This document shows, one piece after another, positions 1 through 9,537 of a stretch of 64,000 bases of DNA. The notes beneath the pieces are model-generated. The model was not told the origin of the DNA. It made no database searches and saw only the letters and a program-made list of their open reading frames with translations. Each line of letters opens with the position of its first letter. Position 1 is the stretch's first letter. Source of the stretch: an uncultured Nitrospiraceae bacterium (GTDB taxonomy: Bacteria; Nitrospirota; Thermodesulfovibrionia; Thermodesulfovibrionales; Dissulfurispiraceae); contig CAVSHF010000003.1 of NCBI GenBank assembly GCA_963727805.1, forward strand, positions 1,472,001 through 1,536,000, in the 5' to 3' direction. Position numbers and translations under genes: made by a program.

Positions 1-1716
1 AATATCTATGAAGCACTTTATAAAGGGGTAGCCTCACGGATCAGTATACTTAAGGCCTCGATGGTCACACCGGAGGACTTCCTTTCCCAGGGAGACGGAT
101 TCAGTTTTGATGAAAAACTCGGCCGGGTCTACCTGAGATACCAGGATGAGCTTAGACGCTCGAATTCTCTCGATTATGACGACCTTGTCATGCTTACCAT
201 TAGAGTGTTCGAGGAGAACCCCAAAATCCTACAGAAATATCAGGAGATGTTTCCTGCCTTGCTCATCGATGAATTCCAGGACACCAACCGCGCCCAGTTG
301 AGACTCCTCAAGCTTCTGTCCGGAAAACAAAAAAACATCTGTGCGGTTGGAGACGACGACCAGAGCATTTATAAATCAAAGGGCTCCGATATCAGCAATA
401 TCCTAAACTTTGAAAAGGACTTTCCGGGAGCCAAGATCATTCGGCTGGACCGGAACTATCGCTCAACCCAGAACATATTAAAAGCCTCGTCCGCCGTCAT
501 AGCAAAGAACGCACAGCGAAAGCTTAAGACACTTCAGACCAACAATGTGTGCGGAGAGAAGGTCTTATACTGCTGCCTCAATACTGAAGAGGAAGAGGCC
601 AAATATGTCGCTCGCGTCATTAAGGATCTTTACCTGAAGAGCAATTTTGAATACAATAACTTCGCCGTCTTTTACCGGATCAACCTCCAGACGAAGGCAT
701 TGGAGGATGCCCTTAAGGAAGAGAGCATCCCCTATCATGTAGTCGGCGGGGTAAGCTTCTACCATAGGAAAGAAATCAAAGACATCATTTCATATATGCG
801 GCTGGCTCTCAACAACAATGATAATGTGAGCCTAAGAAGGATCATCAACAGTCCGCCAAGAGGGATTGGCTCTACGACGATAGCAAAAATCGAACAGGAA
901 GCGAAGAAAAACTCACTAAGCCTTTTCAAGACATTGAAGCTTATGCTCCAGTCGAACGGTATTGCGTCGTCCTTCAAAGACAAACTCGCCGACTTTGTTG
1001 CAACTGTCGAGGACTTCTCTTCACACTCCTATAGAAACGCCTCCGATATGGTAAAAGATATTGTCGAAAAAACGGGATATCTCGATGAACTCGAAGAAGA
1101 GAGGATCCAGACTATCCTCGAACTCTCGTCATCCGCCGAAAACGCTGCGGTCAGGGACTTCGTCGATCGCATATCTCTGGCATCGGCATGTGATGAAGCA
1201 TTGCCGACGCGGGCGGTATCGCTCTTACCATTACATAATACAAAAGGTATTGAATTCCCGGTGGTCTTCATCATCGGGCTTGAAGAAGGCATTCTCCCTT
1301 ATTTCAAGGCCTTTGACAACGCTGCGGAAATGCAGGAAGAGAGACGCCTGTTCTATGTTGGCATGACGCGCGCTAAGCAGATACTCTCTCTGAGCAGCGT
1401 CAAGAGAAGAAGAGTGTACTCGAAGATACAGGAACAGGAACCTTCACGGTTCCTTGCCGATATGCCGAAAGATTGTTGCACGTTGGTCGAACGGTCCCAT
1501 CCGAAGGAAAAATCGCTGACCGCGGCCGTCCCCATTGGTCTCTCAAAAAAAGCCCCGACGTTCATCGTTGGTTCAAGGGTGAAACATCCTGCCTGGGGGG
1601 TAGGGATCGTGAGAGACTGCTGCGGTGAAGGCGAAGAAGCCAAAGTGACAGTCAATTTCCCTGGCATCGGGTTGAAGCGTCTGGCGGCCAGGCTCGCTAA
1701 TCTTGAAAGGATATGA
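1..1716 (+). CDS. pcrA: UvrD/PcrA-family SF1A helicase, 5'-truncated by window edge
   Basis: Frame open from base 1; motifs LIDEFQDTN, VGDDDQSIY, NYRSTQNIL, KGIEFPVVF, EERRLFYVGMTRA; C-terminal Tudor-like domain (VGSRVKHPAWGVG). Confidence 0.9.
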   Translation, partial: NIYEALYKGVASRISILKASMVTPEDFLSQGDGFSFDEKLGRVYLRYQDELRRSNSLDYDDLVMLTIRVFEENPKILQKYQEMFPALLIDEFQDTNRAQLRLLKLLSGKQKNICAVGDDDQSIYKSKGSDISNILNFEKDFPGAKIIRLDRNYRSTQNILKASSAVIAKNAQRKLKTLQTNNVCGEKVLYCCLNTEEEEAKYVARVIKDLYLKSNFEYNNFAVFYRINLQTKALEDALKEESIPYHVVGGVSFYHRKEIKDIISYMRLALNNNDNVSLRRIINSPPRGIGSTTIAKIEQEAKKNSLSLFKTLKLMLQSNGIASSFKDKLADFVATVEDFSSHSYRNASDMVKDIVEKTGYLDELEEERIQTILELSSSAENAAVRDFVDRISLASACDEALPTRAVSLLPLHNTKGIEFPVVFIIGLEEGILPYFKAFDNAAEMQEERRLFYVGMTRAKQILSLSSVKRRRVYSKIQEQEPSRFLADMPKDCCTLVERSHPKEKSLTAAVPIGLSKKAPTFIVGSRVKHPAWGVGIVRDCCGEGEEAKVTVNFPGIGLKRLAARLANLERI

Positions 1717-2006
1717 TTATGAAGCTATCGCTGGAAGAAGTGAGACATATCTCGAAACTATCGCGGCTTTCGCTGTCGGAGGATGAAGCTGGACTGTATG
1801 CGACACAACTCAGCAAGATTATCGACTACGTAGAGCAGTTGAACAATTTGGACACTTCCACGATAGAGCCCACTTCTCATATCATCCCATTGGAAAACGT
1901 CATGGGTGATGATGTTCAAGGGATTTCTCTCCCGCGTGAAGAGGCATTGAAAAATGCCCCCGATTCGACTGGTAAGTTTTACAGGGTCCCTAAGATAATA
2001 GAATAG
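1713..2006 (+). CDS. gatC: Asp/Glu-tRNA amidotransferase subunit C
   Basis: EEVRHISKLSRL...LDTSTIEPTSH...NAPD..GKFYRVPKIIE; ATGA overlap with helicase stop. Confidence 0.95.
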   Translation: MIMKLSLEEVRHISKLSRLSLSEDEAGLYATQLSKIIDYVEQLNNLDTSTIEPTSHIIPLENVMGDDVQGISLPREEALKNAPDSTGKFYRVPKIIE

Positions 2007-2096
2007 GCACACGACCAGACAGTAGGACTATGTTCGAGAGTTTCAGTCTTATTAACCGATACAATAAGCCGATGCGTATATAAAGGAGAAAGAGGT

Positions 2097-2447
2097 ATGT
2101 TCAGATGTTTTTTAAGAGCGAAGATCCACCTTGCAACCGTGACCGAATCGAATCTCGCTTATGAGGGAAGTATCACTATTGACAGAGAAATCATGGATAT
2201 GGTCGGCATACTTCCATACGAGCAGGTGATGATAAGCAATATGAATAATGGTGAGCGTTTTGAAACGTACGTAATCGCTGGCAAACCCGGATCTCGTGAG
2301 TTTTGTCTCAACGGGCCCACTGCGCGAAAGGGCGCTGTCGGAGACAAGATCATAATCTTCAGTTACATCTACACAGACATCAACGAGATTAAAAAGGATT
2401 TCAAACCAATAATCATTAAACTCAACGACAAAAACAATCCCAAATAA
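2097..2447 (+). CDS. panD: Aspartate 1-decarboxylase
   Basis: AKIH.ATVT..NL.YEGSITID (G/S cleavage site), NGERFETY, CLNG; SD GAGG. Confidence 0.95.
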   Translation: MFRCFLRAKIHLATVTESNLAYEGSITIDREIMDMVGILPYEQVMISNMNNGERFETYVIAGKPGSREFCLNGPTARKGAVGDKIIIFSYIYTDINEIKKDFKPIIIKLNDKNNPK

Positions 2448-2640
2448 GTTGTCCAATCTCGCAGGTCGACTTTCCTGCATTCCCCGCCGGCAGTCACTTA
2501 TCACACGGGCGATTTCCCGATGCGCCTGCTAACGCCCCTAACTGTATTTCCGATTGCTTTTTCGTCCAATACATGTGTAAATTTAACAATTACATTTTAC
2601 GCTTTTGCCATAGGGATGAACCCTAACCGGAGAAAGGTAT

Positions 2641-2751
2641 ATGAAAAAGCTCTCTGTCAGTCTAATACACCTTCTCTTTATTCGTATCGTTGCATTAACA
2701 GACTCGTCGATCTCTGTTCTTTTGACGAGTTTCCGTTTCTGGCACAACTAG
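2641..2751 (+). CDS. Possible 36-aa small ORF (MKKLSVSLIHLLFIRIVALTDSSISVLLTSFRFWHN)
   Basis: GGAGAAAGG just upstream of ATG 2641; MKK plus hydrophobic run; below ORF-track cutoff. Confidence 0.3.
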   Translation: MKKLSVSLIHLLFIRIVALTDSSISVLLTSFRFWHN

Positions 2752-2783
2752 AAGCCTTACATAAAAAATAGAAGGAGAGAAAT

Positions 2784-3209
2784 ATGGCATACAGCTTAAT
2801 CTTAACTATTATTCTGGCACTTACTACAGCACTTCCATACACCGTGAGCGCAGTTGATAATTCTCAGCCGATGAGCGTGCGGGGATTCCAGACTGCACCC
2901 GGTACAGCTCCAAAGAGGCTTGCGCTTGCGACGGTGACCGCGGTCCAGGATTCTTTACTGACAATAAAGGTAAACAATGCCACACACAAAATATTGATTG
3001 ACGACAAAACAAAGATCACAAGGAACGGAAAACCGCTCCAACAGGCGGACATCAAGATGGGGATGAAGGTACGGATTACTTTCGTAGAGCGCGGCGGAAG
3101 TAAAGTTGCGACCGCTGTCGATATCCGTTCAGACGCCGAACCCGAGGCAATTACGCCGATGCCGGCCTCCCCGCCGCCTGGGAGCAAGGCTACACACACG
3201 ATACGATAG
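2784..3209 (+). CDS. Secreted hypothetical protein, OB-fold/DUF5666-like beta barrel
   Basis: AAGGAG SD, signal peptide (VSA-V), TVTAV..LTIK..IDDKTKITRNGK..ADIKMGMKVRITF pattern, Pro-rich tail. Confidence 0.7.
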   Translation: MAYSLILTIILALTTALPYTVSAVDNSQPMSVRGFQTAPGTAPKRLALATVTAVQDSLLTIKVNNATHKILIDDKTKITRNGKPLQQADIKMGMKVRITFVERGGSKVATAVDIRSDAEPEAITPMPASPPPGSKATHTIR

Positions 3210-3210
3210 T

Positions 3211-3252
3211 TGAAAACAGAGCGGCAGGTATAGCCCGCCGCTCTGTTTTTCA
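3211..3252. terminator. Bidirectional intrinsic terminator between convergent genes
   Basis: AAAACAGAGCGGC-11 nt loop-GCCGCTCTGTTTT perfect stem with A/T runs on both sides. Confidence 0.85.
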
Positions 3253-3324
3253 TGCTAAAGTTCTATAGACGCAATTTATGATCCATGAAACTTATCTTAG
3301 AACAACGTCGACCGTTACTTTGAG

Positions 3325-4524
3325 CTATGTCCTATATTCCGCATTTATCTTGATATACTCCTCGGTCAGATCGCAGGTCAGAACCTTCGCGCTGCTCCTG
3401 CCGAGATGCAAATCAATCACAATCTTTATTTGCTTATTTTTTAGCTTATCATTCGCCTCTTTATCAACACCAGCAGCCATGCCATTCTTTGCGACCATAA
3501 GGTCGTTCAAATAAATATCAATCTTCTCCTCCTTGATAGCAATCCCTGCGTACCCGAGGGCCGCCATGAGCCGCCCCCAGTTGGCATCATTGCCGTATAT
3601 CGCTGTCTTTACAAGGAGTGAGTTTGCAACAGCGAAGGCACCTTTTTCGGCATCCTTTTCACTCTTGGCATTCCTCACTTCAACTTCGACCAGTTTGGTG
3701 GCGCCCTCCCCGTCCCTAACGATCATTTCGCTCAGCTCATAAGTATGTTCGACAAGGGCAGCCGCAAAAACGTTATAGGCCTTTGACTTCGACTTGATCG
3801 GCTCATTGCCCGCCATTCCATTCGCCATAATCAGAACGGTGTCATTTGTCGACATATCGCCATCTATAGTGATCCTGTTAAATGATCTACTTACCGCTTG
3901 CCTCAATGCGGCGTCGAGGGCCGATCGCTCTATGCTTGCATCGGTTGTGATAAAAGAAAGCATGGTTGCCATATTGGGCTGAATCATCCCCGCTCCTTTG
4001 CAGATACCGGCAATAGTGACCATCTTGTCTCCGATCTTCTTCCTCTTTGACACTATTTTCGGAAAGGTGTCGGTGGTCATGATAGCAGCGGCCACATCGT
4101 CAATAGTTGATTGCCCGAGGTTTTCAACTAGCTCGGAAATCTTCGGCCTGATCCTTTCCATGGGCATCAGAGTCCCGATAACCCCCGTCGAGCATACATA
4201 TACTTTGTCGGCCCTGATCCCCTTGAGATCGGCGGCGAGTTTGCCCATCTCAACAGCATCCTTCATTCCCTGCACGCCGGTACAGGCATTGGCGTTACCA
4301 CTGTTGACTAGAATGGCGTGTCCCTTCCCCGATTTGATTTGCTTCATATCGAGCCTTACCGGAGCGGCTTTCACGTTGTTCGTGGTAAACATTCCTGCCA
4401 TGACCGATTCCTGCTCAGAATAAATCAGGGCGATGTCTTTCCTGCCAGGCTTTTTTATAGCCGCTTCCACTGTCGAAAAGAGAAATCCCTTAGGTACTGA
4501 TGCTGCTTCCCTATTTATGGACAT
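3325..4524 (-). CDS. argJ: Bifunctional ornithine acetyltransferase/N-acetylglutamate synthase
   Basis: NSGNANACTG, IMTTDT, KGAGMIQPNMATML, DGDMSTND, RDGEGATK, CDLTEEYIKINAEYRT. Confidence 0.97.
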   Translation of the reverse strand: MSINREAASVPKGFLFSTVEAAIKKPGRKDIALIYSEQESVMAGMFTTNNVKAAPVRLDMKQIKSGKGHAILVNSGNANACTGVQGMKDAVEMGKLAADLKGIRADKVYVCSTGVIGTLMPMERIRPKISELVENLGQSTIDDVAAAIMTTDTFPKIVSKRKKIGDKMVTIAGICKGAGMIQPNMATMLSFITTDASIERSALDAALRQAVSRSFNRITIDGDMSTNDTVLIMANGMAGNEPIKSKSKAYNVFAAALVEHTYELSEMIVRDGEGATKLVEVEVRNAKSEKDAEKGAFAVANSLLVKTAIYGNDANWGRLMAALGYAGIAIKEEKIDIYLNDLMVAKNGMAAGVDKEANDKLKNKQIKIVIDLHLGRSSAKVLTCDLTEEYIKINAEYRT

Positions 4525-5555
4525 AATGCCAATCCCTCCAATGCCGTTGTTTCTTCAAAGCCGAGCATGATATTCATATTCTGCACCGCCTGCCCAGATG
4601 CCCCTTTCACAAGGTTGTCGATCGTGGAGACCATAACAAGCGTGTTCGTTCGTTCGTTGACCTTGATGCCTATGAAGCAGTAATTGCTCCCCCTGACATG
4701 TTTCGCATTCGGGTAGAAGCCCTCTTCGAGGACCTCGACAAAAGGTTCCTTTAAATATTTCCTGTTATACAATTCGATTATTTTTCCGGTGCTAATCTTT
4801 CTCGTCAATTTTGCATACACTGTCGTTATAATTCCCCTGTCCATCGGCACGAGATGCGGAGTGAAGTCGATCCTCACAGGCTTGCCGGCTATGTCCGACA
4901 ATCCCTGTTCTATTTCGGGTGTATGCCGGTGAATGCCGATGCCGTATGCCTTGAACCCTTCGTTGACCTCACAGAACGAAACTGCCACATCCGCCTTCCT
5001 TCCCGCGCCAGAAATTCCAGACTTAGAATCTACGATAATGCTCTCCGGATCAATCAGGCCTTCCTTAAGGACTGGATAGATGGCGAGTATCGCACTTGTC
5101 GGATAGCAGCCGGGGTTTGCAATGAGGCGGGCTTTCTTTATTATCTTCCGGTACAGCTCCGGCAGCCCATAAACAGCCTTCTTGAGCGTATTTGGATAAT
5201 GATGCGGGGCTTTATACCACTCCTCGTAGATGGAGGGGTCAGAGAGACGATAATCCGCTGAAAGGTCTATGACCCATTTGCCTTTCTGAAAAAAGAAGTC
5301 CACAGCCTCCTGTGATGCAGCATGGGGCAGAGCCATAAAAAAGATGTCTGCCTTTGACAAGAGCCTCTCTTTTTCCATCGGACCGTAAATGAGTCCTTTG
5401 TATTTCACCAGATGAGGGAAAAGGTCGGTGACCCTCTTCCCCGCCGACTTCTCGGAGGTCACCGCAGTCAACTCGACGCCAGAATGCTGAGACAGTAGCC
5501 TCATAAGCTCGGACCCCGTATATCCACTTCCGCCACAAATCGCAACCCTTACCAT
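4515..5555 (-). CDS. argC: N-acetyl-gamma-glutamyl-phosphate reductase
   Basis: GGSGYTG, DLSADYR, IANPGCYPT, SGISGAGR, DNLVKGASGQAVQNMN; start set at ATG 5555 after AGGTGG. Confidence 0.97.
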   Translation of the reverse strand: MVRVAICGGSGYTGSELMRLLSQHSGVELTAVTSEKSAGKRVTDLFPHLVKYKGLIYGPMEKERLLSKADIFFMALPHAASQEAVDFFFQKGKWVIDLSADYRLSDPSIYEEWYKAPHHYPNTLKKAVYGLPELYRKIIKKARLIANPGCYPTSAILAIYPVLKEGLIDPESIIVDSKSGISGAGRKADVAVSFCEVNEGFKAYGIGIHRHTPEIEQGLSDIAGKPVRIDFTPHLVPMDRGIITTVYAKLTRKISTGKIIELYNRKYLKEPFVEVLEEGFYPNAKHVRGSNYCFIGIKVNERTNTLVMVSTIDNLVKGASGQAVQNMNIMLGFEETTALEGLALCP

Positions 5556-5633
5556 ATCCATCCACCTTTCATTAGTCAATTGCTACGCAATTTCGTATTA
5601 CACATTTTACAACATTTGCCCGATCAAGCCTAT

Positions 5634-5662
5634 AAAAAAGGCCCGTTCGGAAACGGGCCTTT
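5634..5662 (-). terminator. Intrinsic terminator after rpsI
   Basis: AAAGGCCCGTT/AACGGGCCTTT stem with U-run on minus strand. Confidence 0.85.
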
Positions 5663-5691
5663 CGTCAAAATCGCTGTATATCGATAAATGA

Positions 5692-6084
5692 TTATCTCTT
5701 TGAGAACTGGAACCTCGCCCTGGCACCTTTCTGCCCGAATTTCTGCCTTTCGACCTCTCTGGGGTCTCTGGTCATAAGGCCTTCTTTCTTAAGCTTTGTC
5801 TTCAGATCCGAATCAACTACAACGAGCGCACGGGCTATGCCATGTCTCAATGCCCCAGCCTGTCCACTAAGCCCACCGCCGAGCACCTTAGCCCTTACAT
5901 CGTACTTGCCGACGGTACCAGTGACCTGCAGGGGTTGCCTTATGATCATCCTCAATGTCTCCCGGGGAAAGTATGTATCCACGTCTTTATCGTTCACCAT
6001 AATCCTGCCCGTTCCTGGAGTCATAACAACCTGGGCGACTGATCTCTTCCTTCTTCCAGTTGCGTTATAAGTTATTGCAGCCAT
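5692..6084 (-). CDS. rpsI: 30S ribosomal protein S9
   Basis: [33 protein letters not shown]. Confidence 0.98.
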   Translation of the reverse strand: MAAITYNATGRRKRSVAQVVMTPGTGRIMVNDKDVDTYFPRETLRMIIRQPLQVTGTVGKYDVRAKVLGGGLSGQAGALRHGIARALVVVDSDLKTKLKKEGLMTRDPREVERQKFGQKGARARFQFSKR

Positions 6085-6099
6085 TTTTTTGCTTACTCC

Positions 6100-6537
6100 T
6101 TATTTCGAAATTTGGATAAGTTCAGGCTTCTGAGCGGCGTGTCCGTGATCAGTCCCCGCATATACTTTGAGCTTCTTTATCATCGCCCTGCCAAGCCTGT
6201 TCTTCGGAAGCATTCCCCACACTGCAGCTTTTATCACCCTGTCGGGCGTAGTACTGAGTCGGTCCCGGAGGCTCTCCTCTTTGATGTGGCCAATGTATCC
6301 GGTATGATGATAATACTTCTTATCTTCGAGCTTATTTCCAGTAACCTTTACCTTGTCGGCGTTGATGACAATCACAAAATCCCCGGTATCAACATTCGGC
6401 GTAAAAATAGCCTTGTTCTTACCCCGAAGGTAGTCTGCTATCTTTGTCGCCATCCTGCCCAATATAGCATCTTTTGCGTCAACGAGGAACCATTTCCGCT
6501 GAATTTCCTCTTTCTTTGCGAACTTCGTCGTCTTCAT
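6100..6537 (-). CDS. rplM: 50S ribosomal protein L13
   Basis: [45 protein letters not shown]. Confidence 0.98.
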   Translation of the reverse strand: MKTTKFAKKEEIQRKWFLVDAKDAILGRMATKIADYLRGKNKAIFTPNVDTGDFVIVINADKVKVTGNKLEDKKYYHHTGYIGHIKEESLRDRLSTTPDRVIKAAVWGMLPKNRLGRAMIKKLKVYAGTDHGHAAQKPELIQISK

Positions 6538-6615
6538 CGCTATTTCACCTTTCCCCTACGATACTCAAATAGTAAACTAAATATATGCAATCAAAAAAAT
6601 CATTACAAGTTAAAT

Positions 6616-6668
6616 AAGATAATCGAAATCGAGGGTATTTGTCAACATTCTCTACGGCTTGCTATAAT
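6616..6668. promoter_or_regulatory. Back-to-back sigma70 promoters for rplM (-) and thiD (+)
   Basis: Minus: TTGACA-18-TATCTT; plus: TTGTCA-18-TATAAT with extended TG. Confidence 0.6.
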
Positions 6669-6676
6669 AACAACAG

Positions 6677-7441
6677 ATGAAAAATGCCCTTACAATAGCG
6701 GGTTCAGACCCGACGGGGGGAGCAGGATTACAGGCTGATATCAGAGTTTTCAGTCGCCTTGGCGTCCATGGACTCTCTGTTACTACAGGTCTTACCGCCC
6801 AAAATACGCACGGAGTCGACTCGATTTTGAGTGTCGAAGCCTCTTTCATAGAGGCGCAGCTCACCTCACTGCTCAACGACATCCGGCCCGATGCGTTAAA
6901 AACAGGCATGATCTATTCGAAGTCTGCCGTAACAGTTATCGTCCGGCTAATCCGGGGATTCGATCTCGAAAACCTTGTCATCGATCCTGTTACGGCATCA
7001 TCTTCGGGCAGACCGCTCATGGAAGAAGGAACCCTCGATCTTCTAAAGAATGAACTATTCTCACTGGCTAGGGTAATAACACCGAATATCTATGAGGCAT
7101 CGGCGCTTTCTGGCATCAATGTGGAAGACGAGAATAGTATGGAAGAGGCTGCGCTTATACTAAAAAAAGCGGGTCCTGAAGCGGTCATAATCACCGGAGG
7201 ACACCTCGAAAATGAAACCCTTGACCTCATCTATTATGGAGATAAATTCTACCGATTGAGAAGTAAAAAGACGCCGGGAGAGTTTCACGGTACGGGGTGC
7301 GTCTTCTCTGCAGCGCTTGCAGCCTATCTAGCTAAGGGCTCTTCGGTAATTAACGCCGCCGAGAGCGCCAAGGCCTTCGTTCATGAAGCGATCATCAATG
7401 CCTACGCAATCGGCAAAGGGATGAAGCTCCTCGATGTCTAA
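6677..7441 (+). CDS. thiD: Hydroxymethylpyrimidine/phosphomethylpyrimidine kinase
   Basis: ALTIAGSDPTGGAGLQAD, TAQNT, ITPNIYEA, HGTGCVFSAA. Confidence 0.95.
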   Translation: MKNALTIAGSDPTGGAGLQADIRVFSRLGVHGLSVTTGLTAQNTHGVDSILSVEASFIEAQLTSLLNDIRPDALKTGMIYSKSAVTVIVRLIRGFDLENLVIDPVTASSSGRPLMEEGTLDLLKNELFSLARVITPNIYEASALSGINVEDENSMEEAALILKKAGPEAVIITGGHLENETLDLIYYGDKFYRLRSKKTPGEFHGTGCVFSAALAAYLAKGSSVINAAESAKAFVHEAIINAYAIGKGMKLLDV

Positions 7442-8789
7442 GGCCAAGACCGTCTTTCAGTGTCAGTCCTGCGGCTATAGCAGTCCCAAATGGTTAGGGA
7501 AGTGCCCTGACTGCGGGGCATGGAATAGCTTTTCAGAAGAGATACAATCCCCGAAATCACTCAAATCGTTCTCGACAGGGAATTCAGGGCCGACGCCCTT
7601 GAGTTCCGTTACCGGTGGCAATGAAAAAAGAGTCCCTATCGGTATTGCCGAGTTCGACAGAGTGCTTGGAGGTGGACTGGTAAAGGGTGCTGTCATCCTG
7701 ATAGGCGGAGACCCCGGCATCGGTAAATCGACGATTATCCTTCAAGCGATCTCTCGAATTGCTTCGCAAACAGGCACCGTTCTTTATGTCTCCGGCGAGG
7801 AGTCGCCTGAACAGATCAAGTTGCGGGCAGAGCGGCTATCCATCGATTCAAACAGAATAATGCTCCTCTCCGAAACGGTCGTCGAACAGGTGCTCGCCGC
7901 TGCGGAGAAATTAAAACCAGCAGCCATTGTCGTCGATTCAATACAGACAGTCTATACGGAAGAGCTGACCTCGGCTCCTGGCTCAGTGGGTCAAATCCGG
8001 GAATCGGCAGCCAAGCTAATGTTCTATGCGAAGAGATCTGGGATACCGGTGTTCCTGATAGGCCATGTCACAAAAGAAGGAGCCATCGCAGGGCCTCGGG
8101 TCCTAGAGCATCTCGTCGATACCGTCCTTTATTTCGAAGGCGACAGGGGACATCCTTTCCGCATCCTGAGAACCGTAAAAAACAGATTCGGAGCTACTAA
8201 CGAGATTGGAGTTTTTGAGATGACCGACAGCGGACTCAAAGAGATAAACAACCCGTCCGAGCTCTTTCTCTCCGAAAGGCCCCTTAATACCTCCGGATCG
8301 ACTGTGATAGCAAGCATAGAAGGAACAAGGCCGATGCTCGTCGAATTGCAGGCCCTCGTATCGCCAACAACCTTCGGTATGCCGCGAAGGACAAGCATGG
8401 GCATCGATTTCAACCGCCTTAACCTACTCATTGCCGTACTCGAAAAAAAGGGCGGCATCCATCTGGGTGGTATGGACGTTTTCCTCAACGTCGTGGGAGG
8501 ACTGAAAATAGTGGAGCCGGCTGCTGACTTGGGAATCATTGCCGCCGTGGTTTCGTCCTTTCGGGAAATACCGGTCGACCCTCAGACCTTTGTATTCGGG
8601 GAGGTCGGTCTATCTGGCGAAGTAAGAGCGGTCGCCCAAGGTGAAGCCCGGATAAAGGAGGCTGCAAAAGTAGGCTTCAGGAGGGCCATCATTCCCGCCG
8701 GCAACACAGAGAGACTAAAAGACAATTTCGGATTAACAATTTTAGGAGTGAGGAATATCGATGAAGCGATTGAACATATCGGGATATAG
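7434..8789 (+). CDS. radA: DNA repair protein RadA/Sms
   Basis: C4 zinc finger, GDPGIGKST, KNRFG motif, Lon-like C-terminus. Confidence 0.97.
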   Translation: MSKAKTVFQCQSCGYSSPKWLGKCPDCGAWNSFSEEIQSPKSLKSFSTGNSGPTPLSSVTGGNEKRVPIGIAEFDRVLGGGLVKGAVILIGGDPGIGKSTIILQAISRIASQTGTVLYVSGEESPEQIKLRAERLSIDSNRIMLLSETVVEQVLAAAEKLKPAAIVVDSIQTVYTEELTSAPGSVGQIRESAAKLMFYAKRSGIPVFLIGHVTKEGAIAGPRVLEHLVDTVLYFEGDRGHPFRILRTVKNRFGATNEIGVFEMTDSGLKEINNPSELFLSERPLNTSGSTVIASIEGTRPMLVELQALVSPTTFGMPRRTSMGIDFNRLNLLIAVLEKKGGIHLGGMDVFLNVVGGLKIVEPAADLGIIAAVVSSFREIPVDPQTFVFGEVGLSGEVRAVAQGEARIKEAAKVGFRRAIIPAGNTERLKDNFGLTILGVRNIDEAIEHIGI

Positions 8790-9525
8790 TAAGCAGGTTA
8801 CGGCAGCACTCAGTCATGGGCCAGTAGTAAGAGGTTTTTCTTACGTACATGTTAGCAAGTCTATATCTTATTTATTATTTTGGCTCCTGACTTCTGTCTC
8901 CTGTCTCTTTGTTCTAGCCGCATGTGCGGCCCCCAGGCATGCTGAAACACTCTCCTTTAAGGGACTTACACTTGATGCCGCTCTGGCTCAATACAGGACC
9001 ATATCTTCGATAAACAGCGTGCTTGGTCTCGAATACGAAAAGAACGATACGATCATGAGCGGTGACGCTTCTCTCTCTGCATCTCCTGATAAACTCTCGC
9101 TACGTATTTATTATCTCGGCTTTCTGCAAGGCGAGGTCTATGAAGAAAACGGGATAATCAAAAGTAAGCCGAAGCTCGACAAGAACAAGAGCGCCCTCCT
9201 CGTCGAAGGACTCAAGAGCGGTCTGTTCTGGTGGAACATCATGGATTATGATACTGTCGAAACGGTAACCTCTTATGAACTCAGGAACGCAAGAAGGAAG
9301 GTAATCATTGACAAACAGAGCCTGCTGCCCATCGAGCAGACAATCTATTTCGAAAACGGAGACAAGCTGATTATTTCCTATGAAGCACCATCACGGATTG
9401 CTCCTGAGGACGGCACGGGGAATTTAGACAACTCTCCGCTCGGTTGGTATCAGTCGCGGATAAAGATGCAGCTCAAGAACTACGTCGTCAGGGTCAATTT
9501 TAAATCCTATTCCGTGACGAGATGA
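8761..9525 (+). CDS. Hypothetical lipoprotein (possibly LolA/LolB-like fold); start uncertain
   Basis: Lipobox LAAC after hydrophobic stretch; fills radA-rsmA gap; beta-rich mature region. Confidence 0.65.
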   Translation: MKRLNISGYSKQVTAALSHGPVVRGFSYVHVSKSISYLLFWLLTSVSCLFVLAACAAPRHAETLSFKGLTLDAALAQYRTISSINSVLGLEYEKNDTIMSGDASLSASPDKLSLRIYYLGFLQGEVYEENGIIKSKPKLDKNKSALLVEGLKSGLFWWNIMDYDTVETVTSYELRNARRKVIIDKQSLLPIEQTIYFENGDKLIISYEAPSRIAPEDGTGNLDNSPLGWYQSRIKMQLKNYVVRVNFKSYSVTR

Positions 9526-9537
9526 CAGCCCCTACCC

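Noticed and set aside
2007..2096. pan RNA motif or riboswitch upstream of panD
   Set aside because: Only short weak stems; cannot support without a covariance-model search
2740..2757. CTGGCACAACTAGAAGC as a sigma54 promoter
   Set aside because: GG-to-GC spacing is 11 nt, not the required 10
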